A stretch of DNA of 64,000 nt, taken from assembly GCF_009914755.1 (NCBI RefSeq), contig NC_060932.1; one strand, given 5' to 3'. Under the pieces are notes generated by a model that was not told where the DNA came from, did not search any database, and saw only the letters and a list, made by a program, of their open reading frames with translations. The stretch is from the human T2T-CHM13v2.0 reference genome, Homo sapiens. The translations under genes were made by a program, and so were the position numbers. Position 1 is the first letter of the stretch. Each line of letters opens with the position of its first letter. Shown here one piece after another: positions 53,255-64,000 of this stretch.

Positions 53255-55058
53255 AGGGTGTGTCCTGTGAACTGTAACTTTCTGGGGAGGCTGGAGCTGG
53301 GGTTGGCCAGGCCTTGCTGTCCCCCTGCCTCAAAAGCACAGCTGACTAATCCCCTGGAACCCTGGGCATGACAAGAAGAAGACTGAAAAGGGTTCAGTAC
53401 ATGACTCTGCCACAAACCAACGCAACGACTCGCCCTATCCCCATCTTCCGTCTCCTTACTTATCTCAAAGTCTAGAACCTTTCAAAAGCAGAAAATATTT
53501 TGATAAACATACCAATTTGGATGAAATAAATTGCTTTTATTATTCATCACTTTTTAATTAAACCTTTTTATATCTATTCAGCAAATATTTATGAAGCATC
53601 CCTTAGAAGCAAGCCAGGGAAAGTCATTGTTCTGCATAATTACACCCGTGCCTGACTCTCAGCCACAAGGTTTATTCTACAACCAAAATTTAAGCTTGCG
53701 TTTATTTTGATGGCTTCAAAGATCTCTTTGCGGTTGGCAGTCTTGCCTAAACAATGAGATAGGTGTAAAGAATGACAGAGGATGTTCTCGGTAAGCGATG
53801 GCCACTCTTTCATCAATGCTATGTCTAATGCTGATGTACAGGGAATGCATATCCACAAAACCAGCGCCTGGACAGAGAGGTCCATGGCCTTAAGCTCAAC
53901 CATCTCAAAATGATTCAAAGACCAGTCTTGCGTCTGCTGAGATCAAGTGCTCCCTAGGAGTTTGGGCACTGATCACACATTCACCTGGAATCGGCCTAAT
54001 GGGTAGAGAGAAAGTCAGCCTATAGGGATCTGATTATTTTATGAGTCATTAAACAAAAGTATTCCTTTGAGTGGCTCTGCCACAAACCCAAACCGTAAGT
54101 GTTTATGATGTTTCTTCTACCTCTGTTCAAACTTCTGCCAATATACCCTGGCCAGGAATCACTGGTGCTTTGTGGAAGGGAAGCTCGGCTAGGTTTTCCC
54201 TAATGAGCCTCTTCACCACGTCTGAACTGTAGACACTTCTCTAGCTTCCTACTTTGGCAGATGCTTTTATTTCCCAAGCGATATCATTCATGAAACTTAA
54301 TGCCAAGCAGGCGTTGTGGGATTGGAATTGTGTCCAAAAATAAATGCAAATACAAAAGGACCCCCTTGAGGAGTCTGTCATCCCTCTGAGGTGCTAAAAC
54401 CAGCCACAAGACACAACGTATTTGATATCTGAATCCAGTTGTTGAACCACACGTGTATGCCTGTCTCATCTCCATGTCCAGGTCACCCTGGCATCCACGC
54501 CTCTATGCCCAGGGAGTGGCTTAGTCATGCGTGGGTGCTGGGCGTTTCTTGACAAGTTGAGTCAGTGTCCACAGAACAGAAACTAGCAAGTGAATGAGGG
54601 CAGTAGACCCTGACCAAGTACATAAATAAAATAATGGAAATTGTGTAAATCAAAACACAGCTAAGTACAAGAAAGGGATAGACAGAGAATTCAGGATAGT
54701 GATGAGGGGACCAATTCAGGATCCCCCAAAAATGAAAATTCAGCAGGGATGAGAAATCTGGTTGTGGGGCAGGATGAAGAGAAAGAATTGTGAATGTCCC
54801 TATTTCCCTGTCTTTAAATTAAACACTGTTGTTGCAAAGTGCCTGGGCTCAGAGTCAGGGCCTCTCCCGTGATACCAGCTATGCAGCTGATTCATTTTCA
54901 GGGCTGGCCAGTGCACTTCTGCAGGGTGCATCCTGAGGACTGTAACTTTCCAGAGAAAGGGCTTTATTTTTTTCTTTTTAAAATAATTGGTACAAAGTTG
55001 CCATATGGAATTGTGGCAGCTCTATCATGCAGATCCAGCTGTTCATCTCCAGCCTTTC

Positions 55059-55474
55059 TTTTTTTTTTTTTTAAATTTTTATTTTTATATTTTTAATTAA
55101 CTTTAAGTTTTAGGGTACATGTGCACATTGTGCAGGTTAGTTACATATGTATACATGTGCCATGCTGGTGCGCTGCACCCACTAACTCGTCATCTAGCAT
55201 TACGTATATCTCCCGATGCTCTCCCTCCCCCCTCCCCCCACCCCACAACAGTCCCCTGAGTGTGATATTCCCCTTCCTGTGTCCATGTGATCTCATTGTT
55301 CAATTCCCACCTATGAGTGAGAATATGCGGTGTTTGGTTGTTTGTTCTTGCGATAGTTTACTGAGAATGATGATTTCCAATTTCATCCATGTCCCTACAA
55401 AGGACATGAACTCATCATTTTTTATGGCTGCATAGTATTCCATGGTGTATATGTGCCACATTTTCTTGATCCAG
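55059..55474 (-). mobile_element. Young 5'-truncated L1 (L1PA2-like), ~415 bp
   Basis: 3'UTR diagnostics GTGCGCTGCACCCACTAACTCGTCATCTAGC (GAG, not the Ta-type ACA), GATATTCCCC and TGTGATCTCATTG; TSD TCCAGCCTTTC. Confidence 0.92.
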
Positions 55475-58400
55475 CCTTTCAGTGCTTCTTTGGAATGTCG
55501 TTTATACCCATCTGTAATTCCTCATCCATTTTCACAGGCCCTTCACTTCAAGCCTCTGTTTGCAGAACACTTTAAAGATGTTCCTGACTATGGGTTCTCT
55601 TCTCTATCAAAAAAGTGAGACTTTTAAGAGCCAAGGGTAGGGGGGTTGCCTTAGGAAAGCTAGCCAGCTGTCTTTCAAAAGCATTCCCTGGGTGATTTGG
55701 TAGGCTCAGAATTCTGGTTCCATCGGTGTACCCAAAATAGATTTATCTCATCAGAGGGCCAATGGGACTTTAACATCAGAATGCCAGTTCCGTAATTTGA
55801 AATAATTGACGAAGCTGGTCCATGTACCGGAAACCCTATGTCAATATCAATAAATTACTCTCAGAGGGCTACTCTGATATCCAATGCTTCTGTTACTTCA
55901 GGTGAAACTCTTACTTCTTGCCTGATACAGCTCTGTGGACCCTCAGTGTCACCAGGGAATACAATTTGAATGACAATCATCCATTCTAAGCTTCTTATGT
56001 CACAGATCACACATCTGTGTAAGGTGCGAAGAAGTACAAACAAGTGGACACTCATTGTCCCCGATTTCACAGAGCTATGGGTTATGGCTCCATTGGACAT
56101 CATTATACACCAGAAGCATATTATCTGGTATGAACATAGACAAGTCTGTAATAAAAAGCAGTGTTTTGTAACGAAGGTACACTTTTAAAGTTTTATTTTG
56201 GTCTGACTTACTATTCAGAAAACAGTACTTGCTTAATAAATGCCTATTCAGCAACGTATTTATTCCGATTTGGCCCAAAGATACTCTGGCTTTTCTTCCC
56301 AGGCAATTCCTCTGCATGTATCAATATCGGTCAATATACTTGATGCCTGCCAAATGAGGATCACCGAAAATCGTTGAAAATAAGTTCATCAGCAATTCTG
56401 GTATTCAGTTAGAAGGCCTGGATTTGGGTTGCAATTACACCACTCCCTGTGTGCAGCAAATTACTAAAATATCTGAAGACTCGGTTTTTAATTCATAAAG
56501 AAGAGTAGAAGGAGCTATTTCCCAAGACCTGGAATTACCAGGATTGTAAAGTTGAAAGGTCCCTAAGTGTATGCTTTTATAAATATGAAGGGATAAAGAA
56601 ATATTGTTTGTACCCATTTCTAAAAATGTTAGGGTTTTTTTTTATTAAGCTATATATTTTACTCTCTGTTGACATTTTCTAATCTACTCATGTATATGCA
56701 TTAATTATGGATCTGAAACATTTAAATACTAATGTTTCCTTAAGTAGTGCAATTAACTATCAAGAGGCAATTACAAAAGTCTTTTGAAAATAGCTGAAAG
56801 TGTCTTTACACAGTCTTAAGCATTAATAACTTGCGTAAAATATTTTATCTAACCGGTCATCATTTCTGAGACATCTTTTTGGAATAAATATTTGATTCAG
56901 GTATTTGATGACCTTGGGGAGCTGGGGATTTCTTCAGCTTATTTACTTATATTTAAAACTAACAATTTAATGTGAGGTTAATACTATTTTGATTATATGG
57001 CCATCAGCACCACCAATTTTCTATTACAAATATATCTTCCCACCAGACAGTATGTTCCAGCTCTAAGATAATCTTGCAAAGGAGACCTGAGGAGTGTCTG
57101 GGTTTTGCAGGTGGAACAGAAAGGTGAAACAGGGAGAACAAGAAAATTACTCCTGTCAAATTGATTATAATAAGAGCTAAGTGCCAATCCTCTCCAATAT
57201 TTCTTTCTCCTATTTATAGAACATTTGTGCTACTATGTAATCAAAAATGTCTGTAGAATTGGAAAGTGCCCACAAACAGATGAATAGATTCAAGCTTTTA
57301 CAAAGTTACTCAGTGAAGTGGAAGTGACCTCAAAACTTCCTAAAGTGATGCTGGATGCCGGGGAGCAATAGAGTCACAGAATCCATGTGGGGTCCAGGCA
57401 GGGCTGAGCCTCACTCACTGACGCAAGCCTTCTGGGTGAGGGAGGGTGGACATCAACACGGAACAAGCCGACCACCTATAGTTTCCATACGGTCACACGG
57501 CTCTGGAGCACATGGACCTTCCTAACTGCTACCTGGACAACAGAAGAGGCTTCAGAATTATGGAAACAGCTCAGTATCCCTACATTGATTCCAAGCCCCT
57601 GAAATTCCAGTATGCATAAATCTTCTTCTGGATACTTTTTGCATCACCATGAGAAAATGAGACCAAGTGTTTACAAATGAGAAATCATTCCAACTGGAAA
57701 TAGTCGGAGGAACATGGGAAACAGTTACTAGGGTTGGAAATGTAATGAGAAATAACACACGAGCTGAGCACAATGTGTTTTTTGTGAAGCAGCCACAGGA
57801 AGGGAAAAAGTGAGCTTAGTAACATCCCAAATTGCAGCAGTGTTGAGAGTGAGGTCCCAGGAGAGAGGGAGGATCCAAGGCCAACGTTTTCTGCTCTTTG
57901 CCCAGGGAGCCATAGCAGGGGCAGGATTTGTAAGAAAAAGCAACGAAAATGTGTTCACTGGCAAGAGAACTGGAAGAACGCCGTAGGTGTGCATGGAACT
58001 TCCCCGTAATTAGACAAAATTTAATTTACCCACAGGCTTTTCAAACAGTTTTTCTTCTCAAGTATCTGTGTTCCTCTAAGACTAGTGTAGGGGCAAGGAA
58101 GCGGGGATGAAGACATCCAAGTAAGAAAACAAAATACATTGAACATCTCGACAGGGACAAGAAGTGGAAAAAACAATCACAATAGCATTCATTCCATCTG
58201 CAAGCAAAATGGTTTTACAAGAGCTCTTTGAGACATTTCTGAGAGGGAAATCCTGGAAGGTAAAATTCTAGTAAAAATTTTATAATTATAGGTTGATCTT
58301 GTAACATCAATTGTTATCAGTTTATTGTGCATAAATATTAATTCATAGGCTTTCTATTTACTCAGTCTTTTCAATGGTATTATCACAAAGGTGAAAAACT

Positions 58401-59089
58401 GGTTTCCTCATGATTTCAGCCACACTTATTCTATTTTTTGGCCAAAGTCTTACAATTCTTCACCTGTGATTTTTTCCTCCTAAGAGGGATTTGAGGTGAT
58501 TAATCTTCGTCTTAGGCTCCTGGATTAGCTCTGGGTCTGTGGGATGATTATTATCTTTTGCAGGACCTTTTTTGCCTATCCATCAAATAAAGGTATCCAT
58601 CACTAACATACTTTTATGCTCAAAAACCCAAACTTTTAAATTTCTAATGTCATGGTGTTCAGTATGATATAGTTTTTACATTTATCAGATGAGTGAAGGA
58701 TTTGACAATTTTATATACTTTAAACATTTTAATTAATTAGTTAATTTTAATTACTTATCCACACCAAATAGCTTTTTCTTTTACTTCAGAACTAAAAATG
58801 CTGAAAGTGGCAGTTATCACTTTGCAAATTCCTACTTTTGAAACACAGCATCTCTTTTATTTCCCTGTTCTTTTGGCTTCTTCATTTACATCTTTAAAAA
58901 CATATTCCACATTGATTTGTTCATACAGATGATGGGAAGCACCGATAACTGGGAGCTACAGCTTCAATCCTGGCTCCACCAACTCTTAAAACTGTTATCT
59001 CTGGCAAGTATTCAAAGTATTCCTCTTAGTTCTCTCGTCTCAAAAATTAATGGTGAAAAGAAAATAGTTTACTACATATTATGTAGTTG

Positions 59090-59161
59090 TTGTGTGTGTG
59101 TGTGCTTATACATATATATGATTAAATGTATAAATATATGTGTGTATGTGTGTGTGTGTGT
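59090..59161. repeat. Compound (TG)n/(TA)n simple repeat
   Basis: Interrupted TG and TA runs. Confidence 0.8.
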
Positions 59162-59538
59162 CATTCAAAGTCTATTACCTCCGGTTGTATCAAACATCTC
59201 TTCTAAAGCCTTCATATATAAGCACATGAATTTGTATCAATGTATACTATACCCCAATCAATATATTTAAGCCCATCAGATCTAAAATGTTGTAAGACGT
59301 TTCCTTTTCAGGTCCAACTATTTTGTTATTTGAATTAATATTTCCAAATAGATAAATTTCAAGCTACTAGTAATGTGTCCGAATATACAACCAGTCAACA
59401 GAGTACAGAATTAAACTGCAATCAAAAACACAGTAGGCAGCCAGAAAAAAATCAATATTTAAAACTTAATATAAGCCAAGTATCAGATATGTCCTGACAA
59501 AATGAAAAAAGAACGTGATTAAGTCGTATGTTACTTAC

Positions 59539-59695
59539 TGGTATAGGTGAGTTGAAAACCTTGGTCGGTGTCAGATCCATTGGTGTTGAACTCTAGCCAC
59601 AGGTGATTGGATGTGCTGTTTAGGATCAGCCCCAGAAGTTCATTTTTAGTGAACGTGCCCAGTGGACGTGAGGAACTGTCTTTTCCATCATATAC
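59539..59695 (-). CDS. CSMD1: CSMD1 coding exon (157 nt, probably exon 23), C-terminal half of a CUB domain: VYDGKDSSSRPLGTFTKNELLGLILNSTSNHLWLEFNTNGSDTDQGFQLTYT(S); absent from the ORF track
   Basis: Translated by hand; TTTTCATCAG acceptor at 59697-59696 and GTAAGT donor at 59538; CUB motifs VYDG, S.SN.L.L.F, GF...Y; phase-1 end joins the exon starting at 24737. Confidence 0.96.
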
Positions 59696-60566
59696 CTGAT
59701 GAAAATTCACAGCATGAGTCCCTCTATGCCTTCATTGGATTCTTATGTTAGCAATGTTAATAAACAATCCAAATCTTCAAAGATGCAGTTTTAAACAATA
59801 CTTAAAAAGGCATATAGTTTACAGAAAGATAAATGAAGGACTTAGAGCTAAATCATATTTGTTCTTTAAATTTTATCTTTACCATTAACACTGGAGGCAA
59901 AAGATTCCATTCTTGTTCAGATCATTTTATATTCATTACTTTAAGAGCTCTTTCTGTGTTCATTTAAAATTAAATAAATATTTCTTTACATTTCCAGGTT
60001 TCATTATCTACCTTTTTATTCCTTTTCTCATAGTTCAGTTATAAAAGTAAAAAGGATTTATAATATTTTAGTCTTGAATATCTCCTCTGAACTCTCAACT
60101 AAGTCAAAGAACATACCCTTCCTTTCTATTCCCTTCTGTCTGAATGCACTAAAGGACAACAAGATGTGCCGGAATCTTGTCACATTCTGTAGTCTGCAAG
60201 CCTCCGGTGGCTTTCATCTTGAATTTGAAATAACAGAAGTATCTCATCATGCAATAGTAATACAGAAGTGTGATGTTGCTTAAAATGCTCTGTATGTGGC
60301 ATTATCTTCCCAAGCAGTTGTAAAACGAGAGTAGATGTAATAAGTATACGGAAGATAAGGAAGACAAGGCTTGGTTTTGACCAGCCGGGAGAGGGAAGGT
60401 TCAGTCATGGGTTCCCAACTAGTGGGGAGACAGGTCACATGGTGGGGAGCAGTGGGTCTGTGTCACCATCATAATCTGAATGAGGATCGGGTAAAAGTGT
60501 TTAGGACCCATGCACTTTCTGCCAATGCCATGAGGCTCAGGTAACAGAAACAGCACTGACTTTCTA

Positions 60567-60726
60567 GTAGGACAAATACCTAATGCATGCGGGGCTTAAA
60601 ACCTAGATGATGGGTTGAAAGGTGCAGCAAATCACCATGGCACATGTATACCTGGGTAACAAGCCTGCACTTCCTGCACACGTATCCCAGAGCTTAAGAT
60701 AAAATAAAATAAAGTAAAATAAAAAA
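60567..60726 (+). mobile_element. L1PA7/8-like 3' end fragment
   Basis: TAGGACAAATACCTAATGCATGCGGGGCTTAAAACCTAGATGA...A-rich tail. Confidence 0.88.
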
Positions 60727-63225
60727 GTCAATGCAGCAGTCCTCGCTCCCAATAACAACAGAGCACTAGGTGGGCACGGCTAATCCACCTGCCTCCCTCA
60801 CTAGCAGGGGGCTGTAAAAATAAACATTTATTACACGATATTGGAAAATGTTCAGTTTGTCTTAATAGAAAAATGGTACCCTAACTAAATAAAATTAAAC
60901 AGAGTCTTAGTAGGCTCTTCCAATGTGTTTGTCTATTTTCCCCACTTCTTTCCTCTTTATACAGATTAATTTTTCTTTCATTGTCTTTCAATCAATATAT
61001 AAACCCAGGGATGTACACAGATATAGATACTCAGAAAAGGAGAAAATACATTTAGAAAAGATAATTTTGTGGGTAGTTATTTCATTACAATTAAATATGC
61101 ACATGCTAGTGGGGTAGAATCAGATACTCTCTAATCTCCTTACTAAAAGACTATTGACCCAGGTCATTGTGTAAAAACCATTATTTGGTTTATTCCATGT
61201 TTTTATTAGACGAGCCGGGGTCTGACATCCAGAGACTAAATGGTTTTAATTCCAGAGGAATCTGGGTCAAAGAGAAAAGGTGCAGGTCTCCCTAGGAAGG
61301 CCTTGGGCTACCCCGTATACCATGGAATTGTCTGTAATTGACAGAAATCCATAAAGATGGGGAAATACGAAAGAACTAGACACTCAGTGAAGCCCCTGCT
61401 GGGTCCTGACACACTGTAGGTTCATCCGCTCTCCTGAATCTTGGCTTCCCCGTGTCCTCATGAGGACTTGACCAAGCGCACCGTGGATCCCTGAGAGATT
61501 GCACCTTGCTCCCAGTGGCTTCATGGTTACAACCACTAAAAATGAACAGCTCAAAAGCTGAATCGTAAGATTCTTCAGAACAACAATTCTGCGTTCTTTA
61601 TCCATGTCATCAGCAATCAGCACTGGGTCCAACCACCGAAACCCCAGAGAAAGTGTATGTCGTTGATGAACATGGAACACTCCCCTGTCAGTTCTCTAAA
61701 GTTAAAATCTGGGTTCAGGTTTCGCACTGATCACAAATAAAAACCCAGATAGGAGTGGAAGTCAGAAGACTTGATTTCTGATTCCAATTGGATGAGGAAC
61801 AGGCTACACCTGTTCTGTACAACATTTCCTAGTTATATTTTTTCACCTATAAGTAGCTAGATTCAAAGGGTTCTTTTCAGTTATTAGAGAAAGTCTTTGG
61901 GATTCATATGTTTAATACAAGCCTGTAAGTATCTGCACTACAAACCCTCCTCAGAGTTCAGCATTTAATGCCATATACTCAAGGGATGTTGCTGGGTTAG
62001 CTGATGATCACAGATTAGAAGACATCACACAGAATGCTAGCATGACAACATTGAAAGTTCTGGGGAAATCTTTCCCAGTTTTACAGAAACTATACCCTGC
62101 AGATTTATTTCCAAAATTAATTGCGTTTTCCATTCTATATTCCTTTCATGACATGCTTCTGAGAGCTCGATATCTCTTACATGATTTTTCCACATGAAGC
62201 AAGAAAACATCATGTTTATTTACGTGTGCAGGGGGTGCGTGTATATAAAATTTTAGTCTTTATTATTACATCACAGTATGTGCGAAGGATCAATGTGAAC
62301 AGCATTAGGCTTGAAAATTAAGATAATTTTACTATAAACATTTTTAACAGAGATATTTTTTAGCATATTTAACAAAATATATGCCTGCAAAATGTGTAGG
62401 TATTTTATATGACTGACAGCTTCTCTGTAATTAAATGTGAGAAGCACGTTTTTTTTAAAAAAACTTTTTGTTATAATCAACTTTAAACAGCATGCAATCA
62501 CAAATGAACATAATTTCCTTCCTTCCATTGCAATAATATTTATCCTTGTGTATTTTATGCAGTATCTCTAATCATTCACCTGCACTAAAGTATAGTTAAG
62601 AGTTATTTAAAACTTTGCCTTAAAGGCTTACTGACTTCTAAATTTGAGGTTATTAAAAAATTCAGTTGCGATGTAACTATTTCTTTTTAGATTAGTAAGA
62701 ATGTGCTAGTTTCCTGCCTAAAAACCACTTCTTCATGACAGTCCCTCATACTGCCAGTGTGAGATTTCAAAAGACTATTAAAATGAAAGAACAACTAGAA
62801 TAAAACCACTCTACTAAATTATGACATTGAAGTACAGGCAAACGCAGCCTTAGGAGGAAGTAAGGCCCTTTAATCTGTAAGCTTCTCCTGACCTTTGCAC
62901 ATAACTTCTAATGAGGTCAAGTGGAGCCCGGCGGGGGCTCCATTCCAGCCATTCTGTAAAGGGAGGACACACAGTGTTTTCCCTTTTAGTTGGCTTTCTG
63001 CATATTCTCTTAGAAGTCTCATAGTTCAAAGTGAGTTGACAATACTGAATCTAAAATGCATCATTATGTGCATCTACGTAGACGTAAATTAATTGAAAAA
63101 CCCTAGAATTTTAAAAAGGGAATAAAAAGAGCCACGTGTTCCTTTCTTGCCAGAAACCAGGCTTCTATCCAACTAAATTGCTCACCTCGCTGAAATAAGC
63201 AGGTGATTGGACGGATGATTTATAG

Positions 63226-63440
63226 CAGGGGAGTCCAATATTTTGGCTTCCCTGCGCCATGTTGAAAGAATTGTCTTGGGGCACGCATAAAATGCACTAA
63301 CACTAAAGATAACTGATAAGCTTAAAAAAATCACAGAACATCTCATAATGTTTTAAATATGTTTACGAATTTGTGTTGGGCCACAGTCAAAGCTGTGCTG
63401 GGCCGCATGTGGCCTGTGGGCCGCGGGTTGGACAAGATAG
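63226..63440 (+). mobile_element. MER30 (hAT-Charlie MITE)
   Basis: CAGGGGAGTCCAATATTTTGGCTTCCCTG...GGGCCGCGGGTTGGACAAG; degenerate 8-bp TSD ATTTATAG/TATTATAG. Confidence 0.9.
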
Positions 63441-63834
63441 TATTATAGCATTAGCTCTTGTTTCTTGAAGCTTTTCCTTTTCAGTGCCTTGAGGCTAGGT
63501 TGCCCATTCTCCAACCCCTAGGCCATGGAAGGTTCCCAATTTATTGAAATACTTACAGGAGAGGTGAAAATTATATCAGGACTCTTAGAAGTTAAGGGCA
63601 TTTCTAGTTGGAGCTGGGATTTTGTCAATCAACGCAGGACCTGGGTACCCCTGCCATCAATATTGAGATTCTGTCTTGTCCTGGCTTGGCTTCTCCTCAT
63701 CAGCCCTGTCTGTGATCTGACCACTGTGGCTGGATTTACCTCCATTATCACTTCAGAACCTTTCCAGCTTTCCACAGTATGACCACATTTAAAAATCAAG
63801 ATTAACTACAGAAAGGGTTGGTTTGGGGATCCTG

Positions 63835-64000
63835 CAACTTTTAATAATTACAACTATGTGCTAGACACAATGCTAGGAACATCCACTTATATTATTGTAT
63901 TAAATCCTCAAGACAGTCCAGAAAGGTAGGTACAATTGCATTTTGTTACACATAAGGAAGCTGAAGATCAAAAGTGTTAAATAACTTTCATAAGGTGCTG
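63835..64000 (-). mobile_element. MIR
   Basis: ACTATGTGCTAGACAC..TGCTAGG...AATCCTCA..AGGTAGGTAC..AAGGAAGCTGAAG. Confidence 0.75.

Noticed and set aside
53860-53890. REST/NRSE-like motif (CAGCGCCTGGACAG)
   Set aside because: Half-site spacing is one base short and the flanks do not match the consensus
60762-60815. Additional CTCF-like words (GCACTAGGTGGGCA, CTAGCAGGGGGCTG)
   Set aside because: Two or more mismatches in the core; expected by chance in 64 kb

Overview
This is primate (most likely human) genomic DNA from inside the very large CSMD1 gene (CUB and Sushi multiple domains 1, 8p23), which runs on the minus strand. Four coding exons (59539-59695, 24546-24737, 23948-24074, 394-596) have canonical GT-AG boundaries and splice in frame. 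They encode the end of a CUB domain, one Sushi/CCP domain and the next CUB domain (from memory exons 23-26, CUB7-Sushi7-CUB8). The rest is intron, rich in Alu, L1, L2, MIR, MaLR/ERV LTRs and DNA-transposon fossils. Nearly all other ORFs in the supplied track are repeat-derived or spurious. I found no new protein-coding system and no CRISPR array. The structures most worth checking are: (1) a 15-copy 71-bp VNTR whose units carry NF-kB consensus sites; (2) a 39-bp-arm palindrome whose loop is interrupted by a 107-bp copy of nearby DNA, flanked by an 8-bp duplication, with a similar layout inside a MER47A element; (3) a 9.1-kb head-to-tail L1 composite in gene-sense orientation with many shared variants; (4) a BC200 RNA retrocopy. 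Repeat subfamily calls and consensus comparisons are from memory, not from a database search.
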